Part shown: piece after piece, positions 46,697-55,327 of the stretch
Numbering within the stretch: position 1 is the stretch's first letter
How the letters are laid out: the number at the start of each line of letters is the position of its first letter
IMG/VR virus record: IMGVR_UViG_3300045988_117831
Strand: one strand, 5' to 3'
From: a virus
DNA: 64,000 bases
Notes under the pieces: generated by a model
The model's input: the letters and a program-made list of their open reading frames with translations, nothing else
Databases searched by the model: none
What the model was told of the DNA's origin: nothing
Made by a program: the position numbers and the translations under genes

Positions 46697-47314
46697 ATGA
46701 CCAACTCCATCAAAACCTTCGGCGACATCCAGAACGCAGAAATGAAAGAACTGGTCGCCTTCTACAACGCTCACAACGCCGATGCGACTGTCAAGCGTTT
46801 CTCTGACCGCAAGACTGCTGAGCGTCGCTGCCTCGCCATCCTGAATGCTCTGCCGGCCGAGGAAGAAGCCTTTCAGGAAGAGGAAGCCCCGGCCAAAGTC
46901 TACAAAACCCGCACTTCCAAGAAGAAGAAGGAAGAAGAGAAGGCCGAGGAAGAGAATCTGAAGCCTGAAGAAGAGATCACCGAAGAGGAAGCGCTGGAAG
47001 AAATCCGGAAGATGCGCGAAGAGGCCAAGAACGCTCCGGAGAAAGCCAAAGAGTCCAAAGACCTGTCGGCAGCCATCGCCAACTCCTGGAAAGACCCGGA
47101 AGTTTCCAAGAAACGCACTCAGCGCCATGGCGTGGCTGTGACTGTCAAAGGCAAGCGCGGCGAGTTCCGGTCCACCAACGCAGCATTCATCGAGTTCGGC
47201 CTGCCTTCTTCGAAACACATCCGCTTCCGCATGCAGCTGAAGGCGGCTGGCAAAATGACTTTCGAGCACGAAGGCGTCAAATACAACTTCGAAATCATCG
47301 AAGCTGGCGAATAA
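46697..47314 (+). CDS. hypothetical protein with Glu/Lys-rich low-complexity centre, driven by promoter/leader repeat copy F
   Basis: 205 aa. Central segment ...KKKKEEEKAEEENLKPEEEITEEEALEEIRKMREEAKNAPEKAKESK... Confidence 0.55.
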   Translation: MTNSIKTFGDIQNAEMKELVAFYNAHNADATVKRFSDRKTAERRCLAILNALPAEEEAFQEEEAPAKVYKTRTSKKKKEEEKAEEENLKPEEEITEEEALEEIRKMREEAKNAPEKAKESKDLSAAIANSWKDPEVSKKRTQRHGVAVTVKGKRGEFRSTNAAFIEFGLPSSKHIRFRMQLKAAGKMTFEHEGVKYNFEIIEAGE

Positions 47315-47325
47315 GGCGCCCAAAA

Positions 47326-47370
47326 GAAAGCCCCGGATTCTGAACTAGAGTCCGGGGCTTTGTCGTTTCT
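47326..47370. terminator. bidirectional terminator between convergent genes
   Basis: AAAGCCCCGGA-loop-TCCGGGGCTTTGTCGTTT. Confidence 0.65.
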
Positions 47371-47480
47371 GAGGGTTAGGCTACGACTTCCTAGAACCGC
47401 CCTAGAATCGTTTTCGTCCCTTCCCGCTACCGTCGCCTTAGTTCGGTCCGATTCGGGCCTAGAACGATGTTATTTTATGT

Positions 47481-48131
47481 CTAAATGGGGTTGGCGCGGT
47501 CTTCCTCGGTCGGTTCCGGAGACGGAGACGGGAAATCTCCCTCTTCACCTTCCGGCACATAGCCATTGGCTTCGGCCGCAGCAGCGACGGTCGCGGTCTG
47601 AGCCTCGGCTTCTGATGCGTAGAAATCGGCCAAACCGCGACCGATCCGGGTCTTGCCCGACTCGTCCACGAACGTGATTTCAGCCAGAACGTTCAATTCC
47701 TTGATGGCCGACAGACGGCTGGAGTCCTTGACGGTGGGGTCACGAACCATTTGGAGGAGTTCGTGGAGCGCCGTCTTTGGATTCCACAAATCGGACGTTT
47801 TGGTCGCGTTCAACTTGGCCTTGAACTGCTTGCGATAGTACGGGTTGGACTCCATCGCGAAGATGCGGGCCTGCGCGGGACCGTCCATATGCTCCTCGCC
47901 CCAGATGGCCCGGAAGACCCGCCAGGAGCTGTAACCTTGGACGCGCAGGTCGATGTACAGGTCGAATCGCTTTTGGTTGATCGCCGCGAAATGCGGGTCT
48001 GCGAATTCCTGTGGCGTGACTAGATCGTCGGGGCTGTAGAATTTGGTCATTTGGTGCTGCGTCCCTGAGTTCGATTCTGGAGTCGTCGTGGTGGCTTGGT
48101 TGGCGGATGGCCCTGGTGCTCTGCGCGACAC
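47481..48131 (-). CDS. candidate terminase small subunit
   Basis: 216 aa. TPQEFADPHFAAINQ...LRVQGYSSWRVFRAIWG...PAQARIFAM loosely parallels the conserved AGYS...A helix-turn-helix region of P27-type small terminases. Adjacent to the palindromic element R2. The start is probably the internal MTKFYSPDD. Confidence 0.35.
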   Translation of the reverse strand: MSRRAPGPSANQATTTTPESNSGTQHQMTKFYSPDDLVTPQEFADPHFAAINQKRFDLYIDLRVQGYSSWRVFRAIWGEEHMDGPAQARIFAMESNPYYRKQFKAKLNATKTSDLWNPKTALHELLQMVRDPTVKDSSRLSAIKELNVLAEITFVDESGKTRIGRGLADFYASEAEAQTATVAAAAEANGYVPEGEEGDFPSPSPEPTEEDRANPI

Positions 48132-48340
48132 TGAGTATGGCGCGATTGTACTATGGGGCCAGGGATCGCGTCTATGGGCTGCTTGTGGGTGGCCTGTAGG
48201 TCTGGGTGGGTTTGATGGTGAATGAGTGTTAGGTGGTGTTATAGGATGTTATATGGGCGGTCTGCTGGTGGGTGAGGGTCGAGTCGGCGGTTGGTGGGTG
48301 AGGATGGCGGTGAGGGTTTGGATTGAGTGTTAAATCGAAT
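48130..48340. repeat. G+T-skewed iteron-like region
   Basis: GGTGGGTGAGG twice (48268, 48294). GGTGAGGGT twice. Many GGTG/GTGGG units on the + strand. Non-coding. Confidence 0.6.
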
Positions 48341-48479
48341 GTTAGAAATATGTCCAGCTGAGCGATTCTGTCGCGCTCCCAAATTTCCGGTTCCGTTCGT
48401 CGAGTTTTGGCACTTGCCGCTTAGTCCGCCGTGGTGTTGCCGCGACCCATGGATTGGAAGTCCGGAAGTTTCCGGCGAC

Positions 48480-48790
48480 CCTGCCGCGAACTGGCTGGAA
48501 TCGGAAACTTGACGGGATGTGTACAAGCTTAGTGCCGCGAGGCTTTCAAATACTAAAGTATACCAAATTACCAAATTACTATTAATTTAATTAATTTTAA
48601 AGATAGGTAACGTCCGTGATAGATTTTTTCTATTAGGATTGTGCAATCGATTTTCGCTGTAGTATACTTTTGCGGCTGCATCCGAAACCGGAAATTATCC
48701 GTTAAAGCCCTTCAAACCCACGCGGCACTAAGGCTAGGCCCTAATTACCGGTTTCGTAAATTACCGGTAAGCTCGACGCGGCCGACCCCA
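48480..48790. repeat. AT-rich quasi-palindromic element R2, paralogous to R1
   Basis: CGGAAACTTGACGGGATGTGTACAAGCTTAGTGCCGCGAGGCTTTCAAATACTAAAGTATACCAAATTACCAAATTAC. Inverted partners CTTAGTGCCGCG (48527) / CGCGGCACTAAG (48719). AT-rich centre 48570-48660. Confidence 0.7.
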
Positions 48791-48958
48791 AAAATCCAGT
48801 CAGAATCGGCGATTTTCCACAATTCATCCAATCACCACACAAAATCCTCGATCCACCGTCCACGAACTTTCCATAACGCAACATCACCACCCCATCCTAA
48901 TTACCGGATAGCTTCCGAATCTCACTCGTCCACCACCGAAATTAATGTACGCCGCACC

Positions 48959-48990
48959 AAAGAAAAAGACCGCCCGAAGGCGGCCTAGTC
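48959..48990 (-). terminator. minus-strand terminator downstream of the primase-helicase gene
   Basis: Minus strand: GGCCGCC-TTCG-GGCGGTC followed by TTTTTCTTTGG. Confidence 0.55.
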
Positions 48991-49011
48991 CAAGTACACT
49001 CCGCCACTACA

Positions 49012-50751
49012 TCAGAAATCCTCGCCCAAAATCTTGGCTCGCTCGGCCCGGACTGCCCGAATTTTTGCCATGGCAGCCTCATCAGTGATGTCCGGGTCGC
49101 CCTTTCTCAGCAAGTACACAAGCGCATCATTGAACGGCGGCAACGTCGTGTGCATGCCATTCGTCCATCCAGGTGCAACCTTATCGACAGGTAAGCACCA
49201 ACCAGCAAGGCCGTTCTTATTCGGGATGAATCCCAGCGCCTTCAGGTGCGGAGTAAGGTGACGAGAAATCGGCTTCTTCCTGGCGAGAATATCGAACCAT
49301 TTCAGAATGGAAACGGTGTCAGCCCTCCATCCAGGATTCTTGGCATTCCTGCCAGGCTTGATCTCTTCGAACTCGCAACTGATCAGAACATTGATCAGAT
49401 ACATGTCAATCGTATCGTCACGAACCACGCCACGCGCATTCTCCATTTCCGAAATAGAGAATTTCTGGACTTCGCGGTTCGCTTCCGACACCATATCCAG
49501 GTATCCATCGACACCATGCTCTTCGATCCATGCGCGGCATTCAGCCATCGCTTGCCAGAATTTGCGGCCGAAGTCGGTGAAGTCCACCTTGAACGGTTCA
49601 TTACCATCGCCCGGCTTAACCCAGTTCGGCTTTCCATCTTCGTCGGGAAGTTGTGCCACGAACATCGGATAGAATCGACGGTTGCCGGAGTCGTCCCGCT
49701 GGAGTCCATCGTATCCGTTGCCGTCCATGATGGTGATCCATTGTCGCTTGATCGTTTCGCCAGGCTCAAACTTCTGGTCGAATGTATCCGAAGATCGCAC
49801 CAAGAACTCCTTGATGCGTTCCATATCGCCCTTTTTGAAGCCGGACATTTCCCCGACGTTCGCAATGACCGAGTTGCCGGTGATATTGCGCAGGAATGGC
49901 GTCTGGTCGTGTCGGCTCAGATCGAGCTGGACTGGAGCCAGATCGCGACCGCCAGACAGTTCTTTGCAGATCAACAAGCCGAAATATGATTTCCCCGCAT
50001 CCTGCCCACCAATCAACGCCAGCGAGATCGGCGCCGAGATTCCAGGATAGTTGATGCGGCAGTACAGGCTCAGCCAGAAATACCTGCTTACCATCCGGTT
50101 CAATTCGGTGTCGAACGGCTTGAAAAGATCGATCAGCAACGTGCTAATTCGCTCTTCGCCGTCCCAATCCGGTATCTTCTTCTCAAACGTTTCGATCAAA
50201 GAGTTGCGGCGATATCGACGCGCCCACACGCAGCAAGTCTCAATCGTCTTCTTAATCGAGGGATCGTCCAAGGCCGCAGCCGCGAGGGCGTCCATCAGGT
50301 CAATCGGATCGAGGGTCTTGTTGTTGAACGCCACGCCGCGATGGTCCACCAGCCGGCCGCGAAACTCGTCGAAGTGCGGGTGTGGGACGGTTCCGTCGCC
50401 CTTACAGAACAACGTATCATAGACCGCGAGGTAGTTGCTGTCTGAAGTCGAGCTGTACTTGGTGATAAAGTCATCGAACGGTCCTTTCACCAGCCGGCTG
50501 ACCGGAAGATCAAAGGCCTGGTCGAGCATCAACAACCGCGCTCGCTTCCTCAAGTCTGGTTCAGCATACGCCTCGGCGTATCTTGCCGCCTTTTGCGCGC
50601 GATGCGTTTCGTTCCTCGCAATCGCATCATCGGCCGCCTTGCTCGCGGCGGTCATCAAAGGGTCCATTCCAGCATCTTCTATCTGCGTGAGATCAAACTC
50701 ACTGGACCCTGATTCGCCATCATCAAAAATATTATCTTCGTCGATAATCAT
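49012..50751 (-). CDS. primase-helicase, VirE / P4-alpha C-terminal-like (P-loop NTPase)
   Basis: 579 aa. Walker A GGQDAGKSYFGLLI. Architecture resembles VirE-family phage/plasmid primase-associated helicases. Confidence 0.65.
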   Translation of the reverse strand: MIIDEDNIFDDGESGSSEFDLTQIEDAGMDPLMTAASKAADDAIARNETHRAQKAARYAEAYAEPDLRKRARLLMLDQAFDLPVSRLVKGPFDDFITKYSSTSDSNYLAVYDTLFCKGDGTVPHPHFDEFRGRLVDHRGVAFNNKTLDPIDLMDALAAAALDDPSIKKTIETCCVWARRYRRNSLIETFEKKIPDWDGEERISTLLIDLFKPFDTELNRMVSRYFWLSLYCRINYPGISAPISLALIGGQDAGKSYFGLLICKELSGGRDLAPVQLDLSRHDQTPFLRNITGNSVIANVGEMSGFKKGDMERIKEFLVRSSDTFDQKFEPGETIKRQWITIMDGNGYDGLQRDDSGNRRFYPMFVAQLPDEDGKPNWVKPGDGNEPFKVDFTDFGRKFWQAMAECRAWIEEHGVDGYLDMVSEANREVQKFSISEMENARGVVRDDTIDMYLINVLISCEFEEIKPGRNAKNPGWRADTVSILKWFDILARKKPISRHLTPHLKALGFIPNKNGLAGWCLPVDKVAPGWTNGMHTTLPPFNDALVYLLRKGDPDITDEAAMAKIRAVRAERAKILGEDF

Positions 50752-50898
50752 GTTAGGTTTGCCGCCTTCTGCTTTACATGATCGGATTCAACATTGCCTC
50801 TACACATTGAGGCGAAAGGGACGGCTATTATCTCCTACCTAAACCGGCATAGCTAATAAGTTCCGTCCCCATCCGAAAATTTCTGTACCGTTCGTCGA

Positions 50899-51084
50899 TT
50901 AAAATACGTCAAACGCAACGACGAACCAGAACGTCAAAGCAGAAAGGCCGAAGAAGAAGCACAGAAGCGACGCGAGGAAGTTTGCGACTTGTATTTTCCA
51001 TCCCTTTAGGCCTTCGAAGAAGATGATAAGGCCGAGGAACAGCAAGCCGATGGCGGTAATCAGGATTCCAGGATCGTTTTGCAT
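50899..51084 (-). CDS. small two-TM membrane protein
   Basis: 61 aa. Two hydrophobic helices ILITAIGLLFLGLIIFF and LASLLCFFFGLSALTFWFVVAF. Confidence 0.45.
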   Translation of the reverse strand: MQNDPGILITAIGLLFLGLIIFFEGLKGWKIQVANFLASLLCFFFGLSALTFWFVVAFDVF

Positions 51085-51089
51085 AGTTA

Positions 51090-52166
51090 CTACTCCTCGC
51101 CGATGTGACGGCGGTTAATGCGTTCCAATTGTTCTACGATATAGGGCAGGACGACTTCATCGGTGAAGGCCGCCCATGTCCGTCGATGCTCTTTGCGGCA
51201 AGTATCGTGCCCGCATCCGAACACATATTCGTGCTCGGCGCCAGGTATCGGTCCGCGAAAGTATGCGCCGAAAGGATCGCCGTTGGTGTGCTCGTCGCCC
51301 CAGGGACAGCGGATGCGGTATTTGCCGGACATATTCTGCTGGACCTGGCCGCCTGCCGCTTCTCCCATCTTGTATTTCGTGCAGATGTGCTCGGCATACT
51401 TCAGCCATACTTGGTCATACACCCAATCGTCGCGGTTTATCTCCACCTTCTTCATCTGTGGCATAATGATGCGGACGCCGAAGGCCTGCGCGATTTCCTC
51501 TGGCGAGTAGCGCTTGGAATAGTCGGCGCTGTACAGGCGCACGAGTTCGGGTTTGCCGTTTTCGTCGGCATATTTGAACTTGCCGTCTTTCCCGCGCTTG
51601 TTGTTGAAGCCGAATGGCATCCGGCCGTAACGGCTGACGTCCTTGACGGTGTTGTCGCCGCCTTTCTTTAGCACCTGGTCCACGAACGAATAGAGCAGCG
51701 CCTTGAACTGGAGCATGTGGGACATCGGCTCTTTGAAGAAATACCAGAACTGGTAGTTGTTCGGCGAAGTCTCTACAATCGCGGTCGGCTCTAGTCGCTC
51801 GCGGAACTCGTCGCGGTCGAAGTCGCCCTTGGACCCTTTGCCTGAGCCGATGTCATCGACCATCAACGCCAGGCCGTGGCCGAAAGAGGCTTCGCCGCGC
51901 CAGTATCGCATCTGGCCGGTCTTCGGGTTGGGCGTCTTGATGGATGACGAGATGCAAGCGTAGGCGTTGGATCGGGAGTTTATGTATTTCCCTTCCTTCC
52001 AGGGCACAGGCCACCAGCCGGCGTTGAGCTTGCGGCCGTTCTCGTCGGTTTGGACTGTGGCCTCTTCAGCGTAGCCGACCATTACCCGTTCGTCGTCCGG
52101 AATCCCTCGGCCGAGTTCGCGCAGGAACTCTTCGGCCTGGGCCAGTCTTATTTCGTGAGGCTTCAT
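51090..52166 (-). CDS. bifunctional DNA primase-polymerase (PrimPol/AEP-like) with C-terminal zinc-binding region
   Basis: 358 aa. LALMVDDIGSGKG (DxD-type acidic motif), ETSPNNYQFWYFF, and C-terminal CPWGDEHTNGD...FGCGHDTC. Confidence 0.55.
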   Translation of the reverse strand: MKPHEIRLAQAEEFLRELGRGIPDDERVMVGYAEEATVQTDENGRKLNAGWWPVPWKEGKYINSRSNAYACISSSIKTPNPKTGQMRYWRGEASFGHGLALMVDDIGSGKGSKGDFDRDEFRERLEPTAIVETSPNNYQFWYFFKEPMSHMLQFKALLYSFVDQVLKKGGDNTVKDVSRYGRMPFGFNNKRGKDGKFKYADENGKPELVRLYSADYSKRYSPEEIAQAFGVRIIMPQMKKVEINRDDWVYDQVWLKYAEHICTKYKMGEAAGGQVQQNMSGKYRIRCPWGDEHTNGDPFGAYFRGPIPGAEHEYVFGCGHDTCRKEHRRTWAAFTDEVVLPYIVEQLERINRRHIGEE

Positions 52167-52612
52167 GCAAGTCGCTCCGGGCGCCCCTTGCGTCGTGGCA
52201 CTCCCACAAACTGTCGCGCAGCGCTCGCCTTTCTGGCGGAGTTTAGGCCATCTTCATGGATTCGGCTCCATGCTTCCATGATCTTGTGCTGCCGCGCCTT
52301 TTCGAGCGCCGGGGGAATCTTCGCATCATCGATGCCGCGCACCCACATGAACATCAGGAACGTCGCCAGGTCCAAGAGGTTGTTCTCATTTCCCTTCAGC
52401 GCATGTTCGGCGAATCCGTTGATCAGAATATCTTCGTCGCAGTCGATCCAGCCGCCTCGGCCTTTATCGCGGGAGCGCTGCATTTTCTGGCGGATCGCCG
52501 TTGCGAACATGGACACGGCATACTCGTCCTGGGCTTCGGGCTGTGCTTTCCGGAGAACGTCGAGGCTGGTCATGATGACTCCATCTACTGGTGAAGGTTT
52601 CTTCTGTTCCAT
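52163..52612 (-). CDS. hypothetical protein
   Basis: 149 aa. Start overlaps the downstream gene's stop. Confidence 0.5.
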   Translation of the reverse strand: MEQKKPSPVDGVIMTSLDVLRKAQPEAQDEYAVSMFATAIRQKMQRSRDKGRGGWIDCDEDILINGFAEHALKGNENNLLDLATFLMFMWVRGIDDAKIPPALEKARQHKIMEAWSRIHEDGLNSARKASAARQFVGVPRRKGRPERLA

Positions 52613-52635
52613 TACATGAATTCCTTACTTGGCAC

Positions 52636-53940
52636 TTACCGCTCGCACCCGCAGCGGGCAGGATGGGCCTGTGGTTGCTGGCACGGCTGAGGATGCGCGG
52701 CCGGATCGATGGGTGAGGGAGCTACGGCGAGCATTTGCCGGTAAATCTCGCCGATGCTGTTTACCGCGTCATAACGCAGGGACTGACCGACATAGGTCAT
52801 CTGCGATGTCGGGTCCATCGGTACGAGCTTCCACCCCTCCGGCACGCTGTGCTGAGCCGAGCTGCCGGGCGCGGCGATAAACTTCCCATCTTCAAACGCC
52901 GTAGCCAATTCGGTCGCTACCCGCTGACACTGCTTCAAGTGGCCGACGAACAGTTCACGCGTTCCATCCCCCGCACGCACGCAGTATGGCCAGAAACCCT
53001 TCCCAGTTTTTTCTACGCGGTACCGCTCAAGCCCGAACACCTCCGGCACAACATCCGCCCTTGCGCGCAGTGCTGCGACTTCCTGCCTTAGCGCCTGGGC
53101 CTCGACCTGCCGGCGGCGCTCTGCCTGAACGTCGAGCCATGCTTTCGGCACGCTGTGCTGAGCGGGGGCGGCCATGGCGCGCAAAAAGTTCTGAATTGCT
53201 CGCATATCTTCATCGCTGGGTTCGTTACGCAGATACAGCACTACAGCTCTGGGATGTTCGGCATCGCGACCGATGCCAGATATTTCCGGCACGCTGGGTT
53301 GAGCCTTGGCGACCGCTAGCGCCTCGTTGAGCCGGAACCCTTCGTGCACCCAGTCCGTCAACTTCCCTTCCAGCTCCGCGACCCTGGCCAAGGCGGCGTC
53401 GCGTTCCACTTTATAACGACAATAAGGATGGCCGTATTCATCGCCGACTACGCCGTCACAATAGCTCGCGGCCAGCTCGCTCCCGCGCTTTTCGGATTCG
53501 GCCAGTGCCTTTTCCAGCCGGCCGATTTCTTCAATGGCGTCTGCAAGCCTATTCGCATCGGTCTTTTCGAACTTAGGGGCAATTTGAGGATTATCTTCGA
53601 TTGGCTTCTGCGACCATTCGCTGATCCACCCCTGGCCGCGGCCATTGCAAACAGTACACTTCCCCCGAAGCAACGTCTGACCGATTCCCTTGCAAGCGGC
53701 GCACTTCCCCAGAAACCCGACTTCGACGCGCTCAATCCCGGCCTTGGTGAGCGTCCATTCCATCCTAAGATGGCCGGTGCCTGCCCAGTTTTCGAATTCT
53801 TTCGCCTTTACATACCCCATCTGCCGAAGTTCATTTAGCGCCTGATTGTTGGGGCCTGTGAAGGCCGGCTGATCGGGATTGTTATACAGATATAACAATG
53901 CGGTTTGATGGTGGTGATTCAAAGTCGGTTTATTATACAT
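52636..53940 (-). CDS. hypothetical protein with CxxC pairs and internal AQHSVP(K/E)(A/G)W repeats
   Basis: Likely start MYNKPTLNHHH after GGTGAATGGC. The listed ORF extends to 54024. CAACKGIG...CTVCNGRG zinc-ribbon-like. Coiled coil. Confidence 0.5.
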   Translation of the reverse strand: MYNKPTLNHHHQTALLYLYNNPDQPAFTGPNNQALNELRQMGYVKAKEFENWAGTGHLRMEWTLTKAGIERVEVGFLGKCAACKGIGQTLLRGKCTVCNGRGQGWISEWSQKPIEDNPQIAPKFEKTDANRLADAIEEIGRLEKALAESEKRGSELAASYCDGVVGDEYGHPYCRYKVERDAALARVAELEGKLTDWVHEGFRLNEALAVAKAQPSVPEISGIGRDAEHPRAVVLYLRNEPSDEDMRAIQNFLRAMAAPAQHSVPKAWLDVQAERRRQVEAQALRQEVAALRARADVVPEVFGLERYRVEKTGKGFWPYCVRAGDGTRELFVGHLKQCQRVATELATAFEDGKFIAAPGSSAQHSVPEGWKLVPMDPTSQMTYVGQSLRYDAVNSIGEIYRQMLAVAPSPIDPAAHPQPCQQPQAHPARCGCER

Positions 53941-53950
53941 GCCATTCACC

Positions 53951-54736
53951 TCAATTACAGATGGCGATGTTGAGAACTTTATCGCGCCCGGCCGCGAACT
54001 TCTCCAGGAAGTCCACCAGGTCATTCAGGATGGTCCCCGCTCGACCTAGCTTGTGGCCGATCAGGAGCTGCGCGACTCGGTGTCCGACGAATTTCCCCGA
54101 AGGAATCTTCGGCCATGTTTCGCCGATGCTTTTGAGTACTGCATCAGTATAGGTTTTGTCCGCGCCGACTTTGTGGTGATCGAGGATCGTGCGATCACGA
54201 ACGTATCGATTGATGATCCGCCGCAGGAACTCGTCTTCAGTCCCGGCCAGGGCGCCGCACTCGCGGAGTTGGCGCAGGAGACGCCACCCCAAGTTCCGCT
54301 CCCACTTTTCGGCGAACTCTTCGGCTTCGGCGAATGACGCTCGCATGATGTGATCGACTGGAATAATGACGGCGCCGCCTTCTTTCGTTCCGGCTTCCAT
54401 GACCGCCCATTCGCCATGCTCGCGATGCTCGATGAAGCCGATCAGCATGCCGATGAAAGCTCCATCTTCCGGAACTCCGGTCACGCGAACGACGGAATGG
54501 CGCGGGAAGGCTTTCGATCCATAAAGGCTGGACTGTGAATTGACCCATCCGGCCTTGGCCAAGTCGGATGCTTCGGCGTGGATCAGCTCGCGACGGATGC
54601 GAACGGCCAGCGCCGGGTCCAGCTCGCGGCTGCGACGCAGGAAACCGGGCTTAAGGTTCGGGTCGCGGGTCTTGTCGACATTGGGATTCGGATTACCGAC
54701 CGGGAGTTGGTCGCGGGAAATCTTGCATTCTTGCAT
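53951..54736 (-). CDS. hypothetical protein, first gene of the minus-strand early/replication operon
   Basis: 261 aa. Preceded on the minus strand by the conserved leader CCAAAACAGAGGATACATTAAATG and two promoter copies. Confidence 0.5.
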   Translation of the reverse strand: MQECKISRDQLPVGNPNPNVDKTRDPNLKPGFLRRSRELDPALAVRIRRELIHAEASDLAKAGWVNSQSSLYGSKAFPRHSVVRVTGVPEDGAFIGMLIGFIEHREHGEWAVMEAGTKEGGAVIIPVDHIMRASFAEAEEFAEKWERNLGWRLLRQLRECGALAGTEDEFLRRIINRYVRDRTILDHHKVGADKTYTDAVLKSIGETWPKIPSGKFVGHRVAQLLIGHKLGRAGTILNDLVDFLEKFAAGRDKVLNIAICN

Positions 54737-54812
54737 TTAATGTATCCTCTGTTTTGGAGGGCAGTACAGGCGGCGGCTCTAGTATCGGCCACTTTCCTGC
54801 CGAAGTAAAGTT
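54737..54812 (-). promoter_or_regulatory. repeated promoter/leader copy, minus orientation (TTTACT-17-GATACT plus conserved leader), driving the 53951..54736 operon
   Basis: Minus strand reads TTTACTTCGGCAGGAAAGTGGCCGATACTAGAGCC...CCAAAACAGAGGATACATTAAATG. Confidence 0.55.
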
Positions 54813-54845
54813 GGATTAAATTCGCTCGCTTTGGCGAGTCAGCTG

Positions 54846-54877
54846 ATAGTATACTCTTCCTGCGCAGAGGTAAAGCA
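54846..54877 (-). promoter_or_regulatory. second minus-oriented promoter of the same class (TGCTTTACC-17-TACTAT)
   Basis: Minus strand reads TGCTTTACCTCTGCGCAGGAAGAGTATACTATC. Confidence 0.45.
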
Positions 54878-54904
54878 TAACTGTACGTTATAAAGGAACA
54901 TTCG

Positions 54905-55327
54905 ATGGCGGAACATATTTTAACTCACGAAGGCACTGTGGTGTTCGAGGGGCGATCCCGAACGGTCAAGCTCCGGCGCGGCAACCACCACTGGGTAGAC
55001 TTCGATAGACATCGCTATAGCCCAAAGGACGGCCGCGCCGCTTCCCAGGCTATTAAGGGGGCGGTCCTGGTCCTTTCGACCGTCCGCTGGCTCCCTGGGG
55101 CCAAAGAGGCCGCAGAGCAGGCGAAGGCTTTCCCGTATAAAGGAAGGGTCCACGCGCTTGGAGCTGCTTGGCATTATGTTCTGCTGCGGCGCACGAAGAA
55201 CTTCTATGTCGATCCGCAAGGCCGCAAGTATCGTCGTAGCACTGGCTGGTCTGTGGACGGCGTGCTTAAACTGAGCCTCGATTCCATTAAACCTAGCGTT
55301 GGAGAACGCAAATATGTCAGCATCTAA
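54905..55327 (+). CDS. hypothetical protein
   Basis: 140 aa. RBS AAAGGAACATTCG. Divergent from the minus-strand operon. Confidence 0.45.
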   Translation: MAEHILTHEGTVVFEGRSRTVKLRRGNHHWVDFDRHRYSPKDGRAASQAIKGAVLVLSTVRWLPGAKEAAEQAKAFPYKGRVHALGAAWHYVLLRRTKNFYVDPQGRKYRRSTGWSVDGVLKLSLDSIKPSVGERKYVSI

